Below, in pieces: positions 40,910 to 54,884 of a DNA stretch of 64,000 bases. The position numbers and the translations under genes are program-made. The notes beneath the pieces were generated by a model. It was given only the letters and a program-made list of their open reading frames with translations, was not told the origin of the DNA and did no database searches. The stretch spans positions 123,876,001-123,940,000 of the forward strand of contig OX597815.1 in assembly GCA_951406725.2 (NCBI GenBank), read 5' to 3'. The stretch's first letter is position 1. Every line of letters starts with the position of its first letter. The stretch comes from Octopus vulgaris. Taxonomy: Eukaryota.

Positions 40910-41778
40910 ACTAGCTGACGTACCCGGTAATTCCCGGAAAGGCGGGGCTTATCCCTTGGTTCCGTTCTCATAATTGCTTCGCTGATCCAATAACAACAAT
41001 ACAAAGTATATAGCCCTTAAAACGGTTTTTATGCATTTACAGGGAATACCAAACTGTCTTACACCTGATCTTGTTTCTATGAATGCCCAGTAAGTTATTA
41101 ATACCCAAATTGTGAAGTCAGTTATGTAATAACATGAAATTAGTTACCCAATAGTAAGAATTCAAAGAAAGTAGCCCCGAAAGAGGCTTTAAAGCGTTCC
41201 ATGAGTATATAGAACATAGGAGAAAATACTAATAAGGTATGTATATTAAAATCGTGAAGCATGTTACGTAATAACAGGCTAAGCTGGTATGAGATAAAAA
41301 CAATTCAAAGTAAATAACCCTGAAAAAGAGTTTTGTGTGTTCCCTTAGAATATTACCCTTAGGGGCGCTAGTGTTGGTATATTCGTGAATAAGCCACTAA
41401 CCGAAATAAGTGGGTCTATTGTTTAGGAAAATACTATTAATTTGTTTAAGGGTTGTACTGGATAAATTGTGAAAATAACTCTAACAGTTCAAATACTAAG
41501 AAATAAGCATACTCAATTTGATTTATACCAAATAATTTAGGAAAATGAATGGGTTATTTCCCTTGGCTTTTAAAATAAAATATATTATATATATATGGAT
41601 CCCTTCCAGGGGCTCTATTATCGATTTTTTTAGCAATGTGAGCATGCCATGAGGTTTCCAGACATGAGTTCTACTCACGTGTCAAGTTTCATCAAAATCG
41701 ATATAACGATGTAGGAGGAGTTAGCTAACAACTCCACAAACACACGCACAGATAGAATTTCCCACATATGTAGTATAT
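40910..41778 (-). mobile_element. Non-autonomous Helitron-like element
   Basis: Minus 3' end ccgggaattaccgggtacgtcagCTAG-t; minus 5' end tatactac..tctgtgcgtgtg..cgattttgatgaaacttg. Confidence 0.6.
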
Positions 41779-42659
41779 ATATATAATTTTTTTCGTAATA
41801 CGATAAAAAAACCCAAGCAAATCGATGTGTAGAACTTACAGCTGTAGACCAGTGAGTAGATATATCTGTACAAAAGATGATTTCTCTTTAAAATATCCAG
41901 TTTTGTTTTGCAAAAAAAAAGAACAGACAAAAGAACAAATGATGATGATGATGGTGGTGGTAGTAGTCATTACGCTAGATCTGGCTATAAACCAAGAGCA
42001 TAAATGTTTAAGAAGCTCAGAAATCTTCTCTAAAAAGCCAGGTCTAATTCCTATTTCATGGCCTCAAGCGATTATAAAATAAGTAGCTTCTTCTCATATA
42101 ATCTGATACGTATCTACGAAAGCATACCATTCTTTGATATGAATAAACGGTCCGAATAAATCATACTGAAAACGCTTGCTACTCAAGATTCGAACTAATG
42201 ATACTTAGCAGGTAGTCCAAAACCTTACCCACTCTCCCGTTGCGCTTTGACACAAAATAAAACTTCTACACAAATTCTTTGATAGCTTTCTCATTCTACT
42301 ACTATGATACGTATCTTCTGGAAAACTGAATGTTTTTATTTCTTGAAGCAATAGGAAGCAAATAAAATGATGCTTAGCTCATAAGATGAATCGCCTGCTG
42401 AGTCTTAGATTATTTCATGTAATGATCTACGAAAATCTAGTTTCCCACTAGTATGTGAATAAATTTATATCAAATTTAGCTATTTGTCCAGAAACAACGA
42501 AAATAACGGAAGTGGGTCCGATGTCAAAACTCTTGTGCTAGTTGATATGAGTACCTCACTTTCATTGCGCTTTTACTTTATATTCTAATTTGTGTCAGAC
42601 TAAAATTCACGATCAAATTGCTTGGCTGTTAAGATATTTAAATAATAGATTATGATTTC

Positions 42660-43056
42660 TATTGAAACATTTTGTTTCTTGCGCCAATTACTGCCACGTC
42701 GATTATTAGGCACTCTTGTTTGTCCCTCCTAAAGGTGACTATATCCTGCCTTCGGTTCTTTAACACCTTGTTTGTCTGGAAGGTAAAGTCCCAGAAAATG
42801 TTTGCTTTCCCTCTTCGTCCTTTTCGTCCATTACCTTCTCCAGTATATGTTGGTACTAAGCACCCGTTACCACGCATTCATACTTCCGGCATAGTAGCCA
42901 GTGACATTTTTGGGCTACCTTGTCATGTCCATGCTAGCACTCTTTCTGCGCAAGACTTTCACAAATACTTACAATGTGAGTCACGCTTTCGACCCTCTTC
43001 CCACACATTCTGCAGAGGTTCGTTGCATTTGTGCGGTATATATCCCTTTTCACTGA
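42660..43056 (-). mobile_element. R4/Dong-like non-LTR fragment (CCHC finger plus RLE) abutting (TAA)n
   Basis: CRMCGKRVESVTHIVSICESLAQKE and IFWDFTFQTNKVLKNRRQDIV..LIIDVAV. Confidence 0.85.
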
Positions 43057-43110
<54 letters not shown>

Positions 43111-43114
43111 ATCA

Positions 43115-43530
43115 CGGCGGCGAGCAGGCAATACCCTTTGTGCGACAGACAAAATTGCTCAGCAGTATTACTTCTGGCTCTTTACGTTCTGAGTTCAATT
43201 TCTGTTTAGATTAATTTTGCCTTTCATCCTTTGGGGTCATTAAAATAAAGGAGCAGTGACGTCCTGGAATCGATGTAATCGATCAGTCCCTTATTATAGG
43301 CCTTGTGCCAATAATAGAAAAATTATCATTATGATAGACAATTTGTAGAATTGTTAGTGCGTCGGACAAAATACTTTGCTATATTTGTTGCAACTTCTCA
43401 CATTCTGATTTTTTTCAAAAATCACCTTTGCTTTCCATCGCTCAGAATCGACAAATTAAAGTATCAATCGGGAGTATCGATTAATCTCCTTCACTAAAAA
43501 TTGCTGGCCTTGTGTCTAAAACAGAAACCA
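43115..43530 (+). mobile_element. Two tandem SINE copies (family A)
   Basis: ggcggcgagcaggca head, gagttcaatt B box, gcctttcatcc core. Confidence 0.7.
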
Positions 43531-43885
43531 TCATTGTTGTCGTTGTTGTTGCTATTTTTATTGTATTATGTGTAAGACGATTCTCTTTGGTTAATGCAAA
43601 ACTTCTAAATAAGGATGCAGGAACGATTTAGGTTGAAAAAAAAACCCAGTTCTTTTTCTTTGAAAAATGCCCCACAAAAATTTTCTAATGAAACTAAACG
43701 CGTGTATACAGATTAACAAAAAACAAAAAATAAAAAACAAAAAAACAAATGCAGTTCTTCAGCACACGTCATTAATGTCACAAGAGAATAATAATGATTT
43801 CCAACAAAAAAATTAACGTAATTTTGTTGAAACGCCTCAACAGCAACAGAAATGGCAGGCATAACGCACACGCACATACGCTCGC

Positions 43886-43956
<71 letters not shown>

Positions 43957-44024
43957 CATTGGTATCGCCGAACGAAGGAATGAGTTTCGATTTCGAATTT
44001 AGAAAAAAAAGAAGGAAGCGTTTC

Positions 44025-45625
44025 TAGCTTTCCTTCTATCGTTGGAGCTACTCCAAACAGACGGTCCTTATCTGGTGGAGGAAAAGTCTACCTTACAAAC
44101 CTGAATGATTAGCTTTTCTCGTCTTCCTGAAAGAACAACAGCAGACAACCTGGCTGAAGCGAGGGATTCAATCGGCTGAGTAAGAAACTATGAAACTATA
44201 CGCGTAATATTCATAATGGAAGCCAGTGAGGAAAGAAACAAGCCAAGGTAGTGCGTGATACACCTCTCCAGAAGCTCGTATCCTGATATTTGAAGCTGTA
44301 AAAAACTAAGGTTGGACGTTTTTTTTTCCTGTTAGGTAACATTCCACTCAAAATGTTGATGAAGAAACCGTCCTCAAATAAAGCTATGACAGCTAAACCG
44401 AAAAGAAAAACGATGTAAAAAGAAAATGGACCAAAATATTATAAAACAGAATATTCACATTTGAAACACAATATAGTGCATGTTTCTGTGAATTTTGGTT
44501 CGAATGAGAGCGATTTCGATGACAAAATAATAGCAATAACAACACGCAGATGTGTCCAAGAAAGAAATTCTAGTTGTAGATAAAGACTTGTCTAAAAACA
44601 TTTATGGCAGCGCTGTGTCAAAAGGGGCTATGTTCCACTGGCCGTGAAATTGTCAAAGAGTGGCTGCACATGGGCCGCGTAATACAATGGGGATTGCTTG
44701 GTGCGTTGGCAGCGACAATGACATCTTTTGTGCATCATTGTGGTAAATGCGGATGTAACGGGGAAAGATATGAAATGGAGAGGGATTAAGGCCATTCTGA
44801 AGCTGAATTGTGTCTCATCAGGTGTTTAGAAATACAAGCAATGAGACTGGCGATAGAGTATAGAAAGTCAAGGTGTTACACTTGTGGCAGTAAAAGCTAC
44901 TTAAGGGCTTTCTATTCAGAGGAGCGGGAAAGACAGGAAAACAGAGAGAAGCTATACCACATCAGCAACTACAACAGCGTGTACCTGAGCATGTTGTTGA
45001 AATAGCACTGCTGTCGAAGCTCCGTAAGTGGAAGAGAGGATTGCTTCGCATTTTATCTCAGAAACAGAATATGGCGGAGATCCCCCTGACCTAGTAGTAT
45101 TACCATTTCTACTTGCAACAAAAGGAAGTGAACGGTGGCTGAAAAGGAGTGGCAGATTGTTACGTAGGAAAACAATAAGATAAAGGAATTCAACGAGAGA
45201 AGCAAAAGATGCTTAAAACTCACGATGACAACCTCACGCCACGTGACATGAAGTTCACGATTAAGTTATGTCTTTCATATCAGAGCTGGGCGTCTACAAA
45301 ATTAACAACGAAGAAGATGTACTGTATCAAAAGGAAGAGATGATATTCAGAAGACAGGCTAAGCTGTAAGCAAAGGTTGAATATTTTCTCTGTAGTTGAA
45401 ATTGTCTAAATTATATCTCGTTTAATTATAGTAAATTTTATATAATTTCATACTTAATCTATTTTCTTTAATCTTTATTAAGTTTTTAATATGTACATTG
45501 CATATATAACATCCTTACATCTTCCATCCTATTTATATAACTTTGTCTTATCTATCCCCAAGTGTTTTGTAAAACCACAGGTTTAAAGTTTAATTTGTAT
45601 TTGAGCCCATGTGGCTAATAAATAA
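44025..45625 (+). mobile_element. Decayed Tx1-related element with ORF1 (zinc knuckle) and no recognisable ORF2
   Basis: RKSRCYTCGSKSYLRAF is a degenerate CX2CX4HX4C knuckle; the 3' end gagcccatgtggctaataaa matches the Tx1 LINE end at 7296-7315. Confidence 0.55.
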
Positions 45626-46196
45626 TGGAATTACAGTAATTCAGGAGAAAAATTCTTAGGCTACTAGTTTCTAATTTTCAATCATTCTTTAACTCCTTGC
45701 TTTCGCCTGCCTGCCTGCCTACCTGTCTGTCTGTCTATCTATCACAGTTCGCATTATACTAACCGTTTCAACAATTAACACTTTGTACAATTTATTTTTC
45801 TTGCCGCTCGCTTGTCACAGGGTAAGACGTATAAATAATCTACAAGTACTTTTAGGAATTATTTTTCTGAAATTGAAGCGTGTCTTCTAGAAATGATTGT
45901 TTTGAATATATTTGATATGCAAAGCCCAAGTCCAGCACAATACACTTACTTTGTAATGTTTATTCAAATGTAGCTCCACTTTTCTGATGGTATTATATGA
46001 TATTGGCATTCATATAGACTTTCATACTTTATTAGTCCACTTGCTTATCGGGAAATTTTTAAGTTCGATTCTTTTTTACTTTTTTTTAAGTATCACCATT
46101 GTAGCTATTTATACTCCGGTAAAATTTAGAAAATCAAGTCGTAAATAAACGAAACCCTCGAATCCATCACTGTACGCACACAAACACTCAAACACG

Positions 46197-46267
<71 letters not shown>

Positions 46268-46664
46268 ACACATACACAGAATCGCATATTTGTGTATGTA
46301 TGTATGTATGTATGTATGCATGCATGTATGTACGCGTACGTGTCTATGCGCATAGGTACACCATGATATATATACACGCAAACGAGGGTCAATTCCTATT
46401 GAAAAGAAAGTGAACAAAATAATATAACCACTTGCTTATCGGGAAATTTGTAAGTTCGATTTAAAAGAATTCTTTCTTTTTTCTTTTTTTAAAGATAATC
46501 AAACCAAATGTTCATCATTTTGAACCATTTACACAATTTCTGCCAAATGTGGTGAAAATCGATTCAGCCGCTTTCCAATAATTTTGCAAGCACGCAAACA
46601 GACAAAGACAAGTGATTACAATACCCTGCTATCGCTTACGCGCGCATAGTAATAAGAATATTCT

Positions 46665-47042
46665 TTTCTACTCTAGGTACAAGGCCCGAAATTTTAGATC
46701 GATCCCAGTACGCAGCTGATACTTAATTTATCGACTCCGAAAGGAGGAAAGGCAAAGACGATCTCGGCGGAATTTGAACTCAGAACATAAAGACAGACGA
46801 AATACCTATTTCTTTACTATCCACAAGGGGCTAAACACAGAGAGGACAAACAAGGACAGACAAACGGATTAAGTCGATTATATCGACCCCAGTGAGTAAC
46901 TGGTACTTATTTAATTGACCCCCGAAAGGATGAAAGGCAAAGTCGACCTCGGCGGAATTTGAACTCAGAACGTAGTGGCAGACAAAATGCCACTAAGCAT
47001 TTCGCCCGGCGTGCTAACGTTTCTACCACCTCGTCGCCTTAG
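46665..47042 (-). mobile_element. SINE dimer (B-tail unit joined to A-tail unit)
   Basis: Junction aaatac|ctatttc at 46805/6, identical to those in the 32 kb array. Confidence 0.85.
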
Positions 47043-47696
47043 GGTAATACAAGTATTAAAATGAAAGAAACAGCCAAGAGTAAGCAAGGTACTTATATTT
47101 GAATTCTATCCAAATTTAAAGAGGTCAAGGTCGTATCATACCAGAAAATAATGACGAAAGATTCTAGCTATGTCTTTTTAAATAAACATATCCAGCAGAT
47201 ATGTTATATCAAAACAACACAGAGGAGAATAATGACTGTTTTTCTCTTTTCATTGTGTAGCATGTTAACATGTTCTTGCTTCTGCCATTTGTCTCTGAAT
47301 GTTAATAACAGATAAAGTGCACCTGGGTCCATATTAAAAGATTATTTGTCTTATTTCTTATTCATACTCACATGGTTTCTTCGACTAAGAAAAATCAAGC
47401 AGTGTTTAAAGCAATGATGATGATGAAAATGATGGAGAGGAAGAGGAGAACGATGACTATAAAGTTGGTGGTTATGACGATGATGATGGCGACCGAATAA
47501 AATCTCATGTTTAGGCTGATTTTATCTTATAAATAACGATATATTTCTTAGGCACTAGGAGAGCGTTGACAGTATAGATCTTAGTGTATTACTGATATCT
47601 GTTTTACCGACATTTGGGGATGAGAAGAAACATCAACCCCAGCAGGATTTGAAGTGAGAATGGCATGGAAATATTTTATGATAGTTATCTCTACGT

Positions 47697-47905
47697 AAGG
47701 CGGCGAGCTAGCAGAATCGTAAGCACGCATGGCAAAATGCTTAGCGGCATTTTTCTCGTCTTTACTCTCTGTGTTCAAAATCCACCGAGGTCGACTTTGC
47801 TTTTCGGGGTCAAAAAAATACGTATCAGTTGAGCATTGGGGTCGATGTAATCGACTTACACCCCTGCCCACAAAATTGCTGACAGTGTGCCAAAATTTGA
47901 AACCA
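47697..47905 (+). mobile_element. tRNA-derived SINE (family A tail)
   Basis: aaggcggcgagctagcagaatcg head and gtgttcaaaatcc B box. Confidence 0.8.
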
Positions 47906-48414
47906 ATATTAACGAAGGCTATATTGAAAAGAGCTAAAGTTTTTTACAAACATCCATCTACAAAAGGTACGTCACTATTCTATTATTCTATAAAATAACA
48001 TATTATACTGTCATATAATTGTATCATTAGGTTTTTAAAGAAAGTAAAACAAAATGTTTTGATCTAGAAGAAGGGAGCTGAATATGAAAACCTTCGAAGA
48101 TTTTCTGAAATTAGTGAGATTAACGCGGTTAGCATTCCTCTTGAATAGTTTTAAATCTATGGCTGTAGGAAAAAGCTGTGGTGGAAGGGAGGCAATTGGG
48201 GCAATGTTCTGAGGGTGGAAGAATTGAGCATAGCGGTTAGTGTAGGATCTGGGGAATAGACATAATTCGGTATTATAGTTTGAAGGATTTGCAAAATATC
48301 CTTCTGGGCTATACTGTAATGTGTTTCTAAATATAAGAACAGATAGCTACAGAGCGAGATGGAGAGATAGAGAGAGAGAGAGAAGGAGAGAGAGGGAGCT
48401 ATATATATATATGT

Positions 48415-48472
<58 letters not shown>

Positions 48473-48493
48473 AGAGAAGAGAGAGATAGAGAT

Positions 48494-48557
<64 letters not shown>

Positions 48558-49142
48558 CAGGGGAAATGTGAGCTTGAAGAATTTGATGAAAGAGGCTAGC
48601 TCTGAAGCACATTGTTTATGAGGATGGAAAATGACATTGACAAGGCCGATGGTGTTGTTGGTTTGCTGACAGCAGAAGTAGGTTTGAGAGTGAATCTGAT
48701 GGACTGGAAAGAGATTATTATGTATGATGGAGGATATTTCTCTGATGGTGCAGTATGGACTTGAATACAAAGTAAGCCTCAAATGTTGAGCTCTCTCCTC
48801 TAGGGTACTGTATGGAATAATATCATGGGTGAATTGTGAAGAAAAATGGGATTCCAGAAAGTAGGGATCATTTTGGCGAGGGACAAAAGGGATTGGTTGC
48901 AGTTTGTGGGGAAATAATGCTTCCGGGCTCTGTGATCAACTGGGAAATCCTTTAGGGCTTGAATGATGATCTTGCCGGAATTGTAGTAGTGAGTAAAAGT
49001 CGTTCAGCTTTTAGGGGAGAAGATTTTCTTTAAATGATGTGGGATGTGTGTATGTACTGAATTGCAGCGTTGCAGAAATTCAGAAATAGATTTAGGTATA
49101 TGAATTATGTGAGAAGTAGGACATTGTAGTTTCAGTCACTCA

Positions 49143-49373
49143 GGCGGCGAGCTGGCAGAAACGTTAGCACGCCGGGCGAAATGCGAAGCCGTATTTCGTC
49201 TGCCGTTACGTTCTGAGTTCAAATTCCGCCGAGGTTGACTTTGCCTTTCATCCTTTCGGGGTCGATAAATTAAGTACCAGTTACGCACTGGGGTCGATGG
49301 AATCGACTTAATCCGTTTGTCTGTCCTTATTTGTCCCCTCTGTGTTTAGCCCCTTGTGGGTAGTAAAGAAATA
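49143..49373 (+). mobile_element. Full-length solo tRNA-derived SINE with Tx1-like (B) tail
   Basis: ggcggcgagctggcagaaacg (A box), gagttcaaattcc (B box), core, tail gtttagccccttgtgggtagtaaagaaata. Confidence 0.9.
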
Positions 49374-49894
49374 TATATATGGGTGAAGAGTCATAGCCAA
49401 GATTAGAACTAATAGAGCTGCGCAAGTCAGTTGATTTGAAGAGCCAAGAGTCCAGGCAACGTATAGAGGTATTACGTTGTTGTGATAAGGCAATGTTTGG
49501 CTGACCTGATAGGTGCGCAGACAGTGATGGTTTGGTAGATGATTTGGTTGTATTTAGAGGTGAGGAAGAGAACAAGGAGTATTTGTGTGTTTATCGTGGA
49601 TGTGAAGAATTTAACGGATGTAATAAGCAGAAGATTACAAAAGATTTGGTTTCTTAACGACAGCATCAGCGTGGGATGAGTGTCGGAGCCAAGAAGACAT
49701 CACAGAGGACAATGACTTTGAGAAGAGATATAGTGAGGTATATATCGTGAATGCTGGAAGAAATATTGGTTGAAGAGCTATTATTGGTTGATGGAATTCG
49801 GAGAACCTTAGAAGAAGGAAATATATTTTAGAAGAATAGGGGAAGGAAATTACTAGAAGTTTTGTTGCTGATATTCAAATGGAAGAAGCAGCTG

Positions 49895-49960
<66 letters not shown>

Positions 49961-51801
49961 AGGGTTAAATCTACATTAGCAGACACCACTTTACAGGGTA
50001 AAATATCTTAATACAGAGAGTAGCCCGGATAACAAAAATGGGTTATGGATAAGGACTGAAATACAGTATCTTGGAAAAGATTTGTTGCTTGTATGTTTAA
50101 AACTAATGTGCGAGGTCTGGGTTGGATCAGAGTCCACAAATGTGTTTGTTCAGTATTATAGATCCATTATAGCCCATCTTACTAATCGGCTCCGCCTAGG
50201 ATATTAAGTAATCAGACGATTATCTAATAACTACGCTGCAGTTATTAGATAACGTAGGTTTATACAAATGACAAATCCAGGGTTCACTTCACATCTCTTT
50301 AATTCCTCAGTCATAAAAAAGAAATAATAGATCTCTGGGTACCACTGAAAGAAATAGCAGAACTCTAAAGTGGCTAAATGGATAATTGAACCAATCGGGA
50401 ACTAGCCATAACGGTTGGAATCCAGTGAAATCAATGAATAGTGACGACTTCGATGATGACGATAACGACGACAACGACGACGACGACAACGACGACGACT
50501 ACGACGACGACGATGACGACGACGACGACAACTATACCAGCGACAACAACGACGGTAATCATGACCTTGAGAAGGATAGTGATAATGATGTAAAACAAAA
50601 TAATGGCCGAAGAAGAAGGGGGAGGAAGAGGAGGAGGATGAGAAGGAGGAGAAGAAGAAGGAGGGATGAAAGCTGCGGGTGATAGAGACTGTAGCGTTTG
50701 TGGGCGATGATATTGTGCATAAATGTGTATGTACGAGCTAGTCTATGTGTGTGCGTGGGTGTGTTTTATGCAACCTTCTATCGTGTTTGTATGAATATAG
50801 GAAGTAAAGTTCTTTCCGGGCCGATTGCAGATAGTGTAAGGCTTCCTCTGTTCTGAACACAATCTTCCGGAACGATTTGCTCAGCTTGTTGAGTTGACTA
50901 CTGTGTTCTATTTGTGCACGTCCGGCACAGACTTAAACCTTTGTCACTGAAAGTCTAAATGTTGATTCCATTTTATTTTGTGCTGAAGTTATTTTAGTCT
51001 TCAGTTTTCTAAAATAAGAAATCTCATATTTTATCTAATGATTCCTAAGGAAACTTTTAATAACGTATTGTATTTTTAATGAAGTAACTAGGGCAAAAAA
51101 TATTGACGAAGTTAGGTGACCATTCTACTGAAGTGTCATTTATACAAGTGGTGGAGTAGTACTTCTCACAACGTAGAAGTAGTAGAGAATTCGGAACGCT
51201 GTAAGAGCACTTGCCTACTAGCTGAACCATTTATTCGGTGAAACTATTCACCTCATTTCTTTCAGCCCATATATTTTTCAAGGCTTTTCTAGACTGGAGG
51301 TCTTCATTTGCATGGATGGTTCTGAGTATCGTCTACATAGAACAGCTGCCACATGGTCATATACATATAGTCGTACCAGTACTGAAAAAATTTAGATGGT
51401 TCGGTGACTCACTGTTCCGAGTATACATTCCTCTGGATATAGTAATAGGGTCGATTATATTGATTACATCAATCAAATTAACACAAAATCATTGACCTGC
51501 GTGATGAGCGTAGCGAATAGAATATGTTATAGACCTGAAGAATAATGAATTCTATTTAATCTAGTGAACAATTATACTGCTATAAAACTTCTCGCTAGAA
51601 CTTTACTCTATGTACATTATTTACATTATTTACATTTGACAAACATCTTGTTTGTTGTTAACACAAATGTAAATGATGTAAATAATGTACATAATTCCTC
51701 ATCTTTTAAATTTAGAACTGTATTCACTTCATGTATTCATACAAATACATGAACGGGGTATGTACACACACACATGCACTCACACACACACACACACACA
51801 G

Positions 51802-51834
<33 letters not shown>

Positions 51835-52271
51835 CACGTACTCACACAAAGAAACACTTAAGTACAAATAGATAAGAGAGTACTCAACATTCGAAGGTGA
51901 GTGTCAAAATGTGTTTATTAAAACTAAAATTCAAATTTCGTAACTCTAAGCTTCACATGATCAATTTTCACACTAAATTTGAGGAGTGAAACAAAGAGCC
52001 TTTAATCTGAATATTCAGTATAAAAAAAATTGATAGCACGTGTTAAGCTAAGAGAAATATAATACTGGTTTCAAATTTTGGCATAGGGCCAGCAAGTTCA
52101 GGAGGACGAGTAAATCGATTACATTGATCTCAGTACTTAACTGGCACTTATCTTTCGACCTCAGAGGGCTAAAAGGCAAAGTCGATTTGGCAGAATTTGA
52201 CGAAATGCCGCTAAGCATTTTGCCTGGCTTGCTAACGATTCCGTCATCTCGTGATACAATATAATATGTAA

Positions 52272-52353
<82 letters not shown>

Positions 52354-54884
52354 CGTGCGCGCGCCTTTGTTTTAGTGAGAAGAAGAAGGGCAGTTGCTAC
52401 GACTTTTCTTTCGGAGGAAAGTTAGAAGTTATCCCAAAACCGAAGACTTCACCCGGATTTTTGCAATATATGACCATCACAAAAGACAACCAGTAGGTAG
52501 TGTTAAACTGGGTGACAGATTTGGCGTAACAGCTCCAAAAGAAAAACAGCCCATACAACGGCTTTTCATAATTTTCATTTACCAATTTTCACTCCCAAGG
52601 ACTTGGAAGGCACTTGCACCAGGCGCCGCAAAGTATGATTTGACCCTATAGCACGCTGTTGCGATGTGCGCTTCTTAACAACGTAGCCATATATGCACGT
52701 CTAGCCATGTATACGCCTATGTATGTACAGCGCCTAGCACCATCATTACAACCATCAACACACCCAACAAACATTATCAACACCACCCCTTGCATCTTCT
52801 TCTCCTTCTTTACTTCCACCACAACCACCACCACCACCACCACCACCATCAAATAACGTGAGAAAGGTCACCAAGTAAGGTGGGAAAATTCGAACCGACC
52901 GAGCCAATTCGAGAACAGACGTCATAAATACTGGGTGACCAAACTTTCTCATTATCGTCGAGACGGTAATTAGGCCATTCGTCTCTCAAACGTAAAATCT
53001 GTTCAACTACATAATTAGTCACTTATTGCTTTAATAAATGGAATGAGCACACACACATACACTCACAAAATCTTCACTTAACACAATAAGGTCACACCAT
53101 GTGACCTCATGATAATTTTGATGTATATATGTGTGTGTGTACTCGCGAGCATGTGTGTGCGTGAATATACATATATACATAAATACATACACACACACGC
53201 ACACACACATATGTATATATGTGTATATATCCATATATGTATGTAAGTATGTATGTGTATGCCAGACCACATTTTATGCTACTGGTAACATATAACCCGA
53301 TACAAACTATCGCGTCGTCGGTCCGTTGGTCCTTCGGCGACTAAACTGGCAACTCTACCAAGCCTGCATTATAAGGAGGATGGTTTCGTTGGACACTCTG
53401 CAGGACAGAAAACAAAATAAACCCCCAAAGGAGTGCATGAATTCAATAGAACTAACGACCATCCAAAAACTGGGAGTGAGAGACCCCTAGTTACACGAGT
53501 TATCTTAATGGACATCTCCTTGGAGAAGGAAATGTCTGATGTATCACCTGCGACTTAGTTTGCATTTAGTGATATAGACTAGCTCTTTTGGGGTAAATAC
53601 ATACTTTTGTTAGAGAAATGGATTGGCCCTGTGTAAAACCTTCCTTCACTTTAAAAATTTCAAGCACAAGCAACACCTGTTTTTTTTTTAATCATCTCTG
53701 TAATGCATTGTATACTATGACTGGTCGCAGCCTAAACAAAGCTTTCAATGAAAAAATTCATGATAGAATGAAGGCATACGCCAGTGTGGGTGATAACTCT
53801 GAAAACTTGCTTCACAAGGCGCCTGTCGTTGCCACATCTGTGGAAAAGTCTGCTGCTTTAAGAGGACAATCGAGCAATGCATTGCTTGAAACTGAGTTGC
53901 AGCCATCATGTGTGTATGTATGTATGTATGTATGTATGTATGTATGTATGTATGTATGTATGTATGTATGTATGTATGTATGTATGTATGTACGTATGTA
54001 TGTATGTATGTACGTATGTATGTATGTATGTATGCATGCATGTATGTATGTATGTATTATGTGAGCGTGTGAGCATTGAAATGACATAGTAAACCCCTCC
54101 CCCACACGCAATAGGATTCACAGGGGTACGAAGAAATAAAAAATTTCAAATGCACATAAGATACTAAATTCTATAGATTGGAGCCTGTCTTCTAAATTAA
54201 TTGACGAGCTAATTAATTGAAGTGTAATTAATTCGTAAACCATCAAAGGCAAGGGTAACCTGTTCCATATGTTAGCTTATCTACATGAGTAGTAGTAGTA
54301 GTAGTAGTAGTAAGAAGAGGAGGAGGAGGAGGAAGAAGGGGACGACATGGATTAAGAACAAAATAAGTGGAAGAGTATGGTGGTGGTAGTGGTAGTGATG
54401 AATGTGACCAAAATGACAGTATCAGTAGAAACAATGATTGTGACGGCGAAGGAGAAAAGAAGAAAAATGGACTACATTTGTTTGACCCACCATAATAACC
54501 ATCCCCACCACCCCATCATCAAGGCTAGTATTCATCCCTCCCTCGCCTCCATCCTGACACATACACCTTACATAGCCTAGTGTTAGCGTGTACGTTCTCC
54601 TTATCAATACCGAATTCATGCCTTGAAATCGGTTAATACTTATCGTCTGCCCAGTAGTGAATGGAAGGGGGAAAGCGGCGGAAGAAGAGAGGGGAGAGGA
54701 GATAGAGAGAGAAGGGATAGAATCAGATGGGAGTAGAAAGAGGAGAATTGAATGAGGGAGAAATGAAGTTCGGGGAAGCACTTGATATTTTTTTTACTAA
54801 CATACAAGTTACATTAATGAGTAAAGTTGTTGGGACATCACAATTCATTGAATCGTCAAACTATATCCTGCGTTATTAACTCTG

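Noticed and set aside
49143-49230. tRNA gene
   Set aside because: It has A/B boxes but no cloverleaf and continues into a SINE core and tail.
48160-49890. Possible CR1/L2-like LINE remnants on the minus strand
   Set aside because: Composition is suggestive, but the motifs are too decayed and out of order to call.
50386-50682. Poly-Asp / poly-Arg ORF
   Set aside because: (GAC/GAT)n and (AGG/AGA)n low-complexity sequence with a non-ATG start, antisense within an intron.
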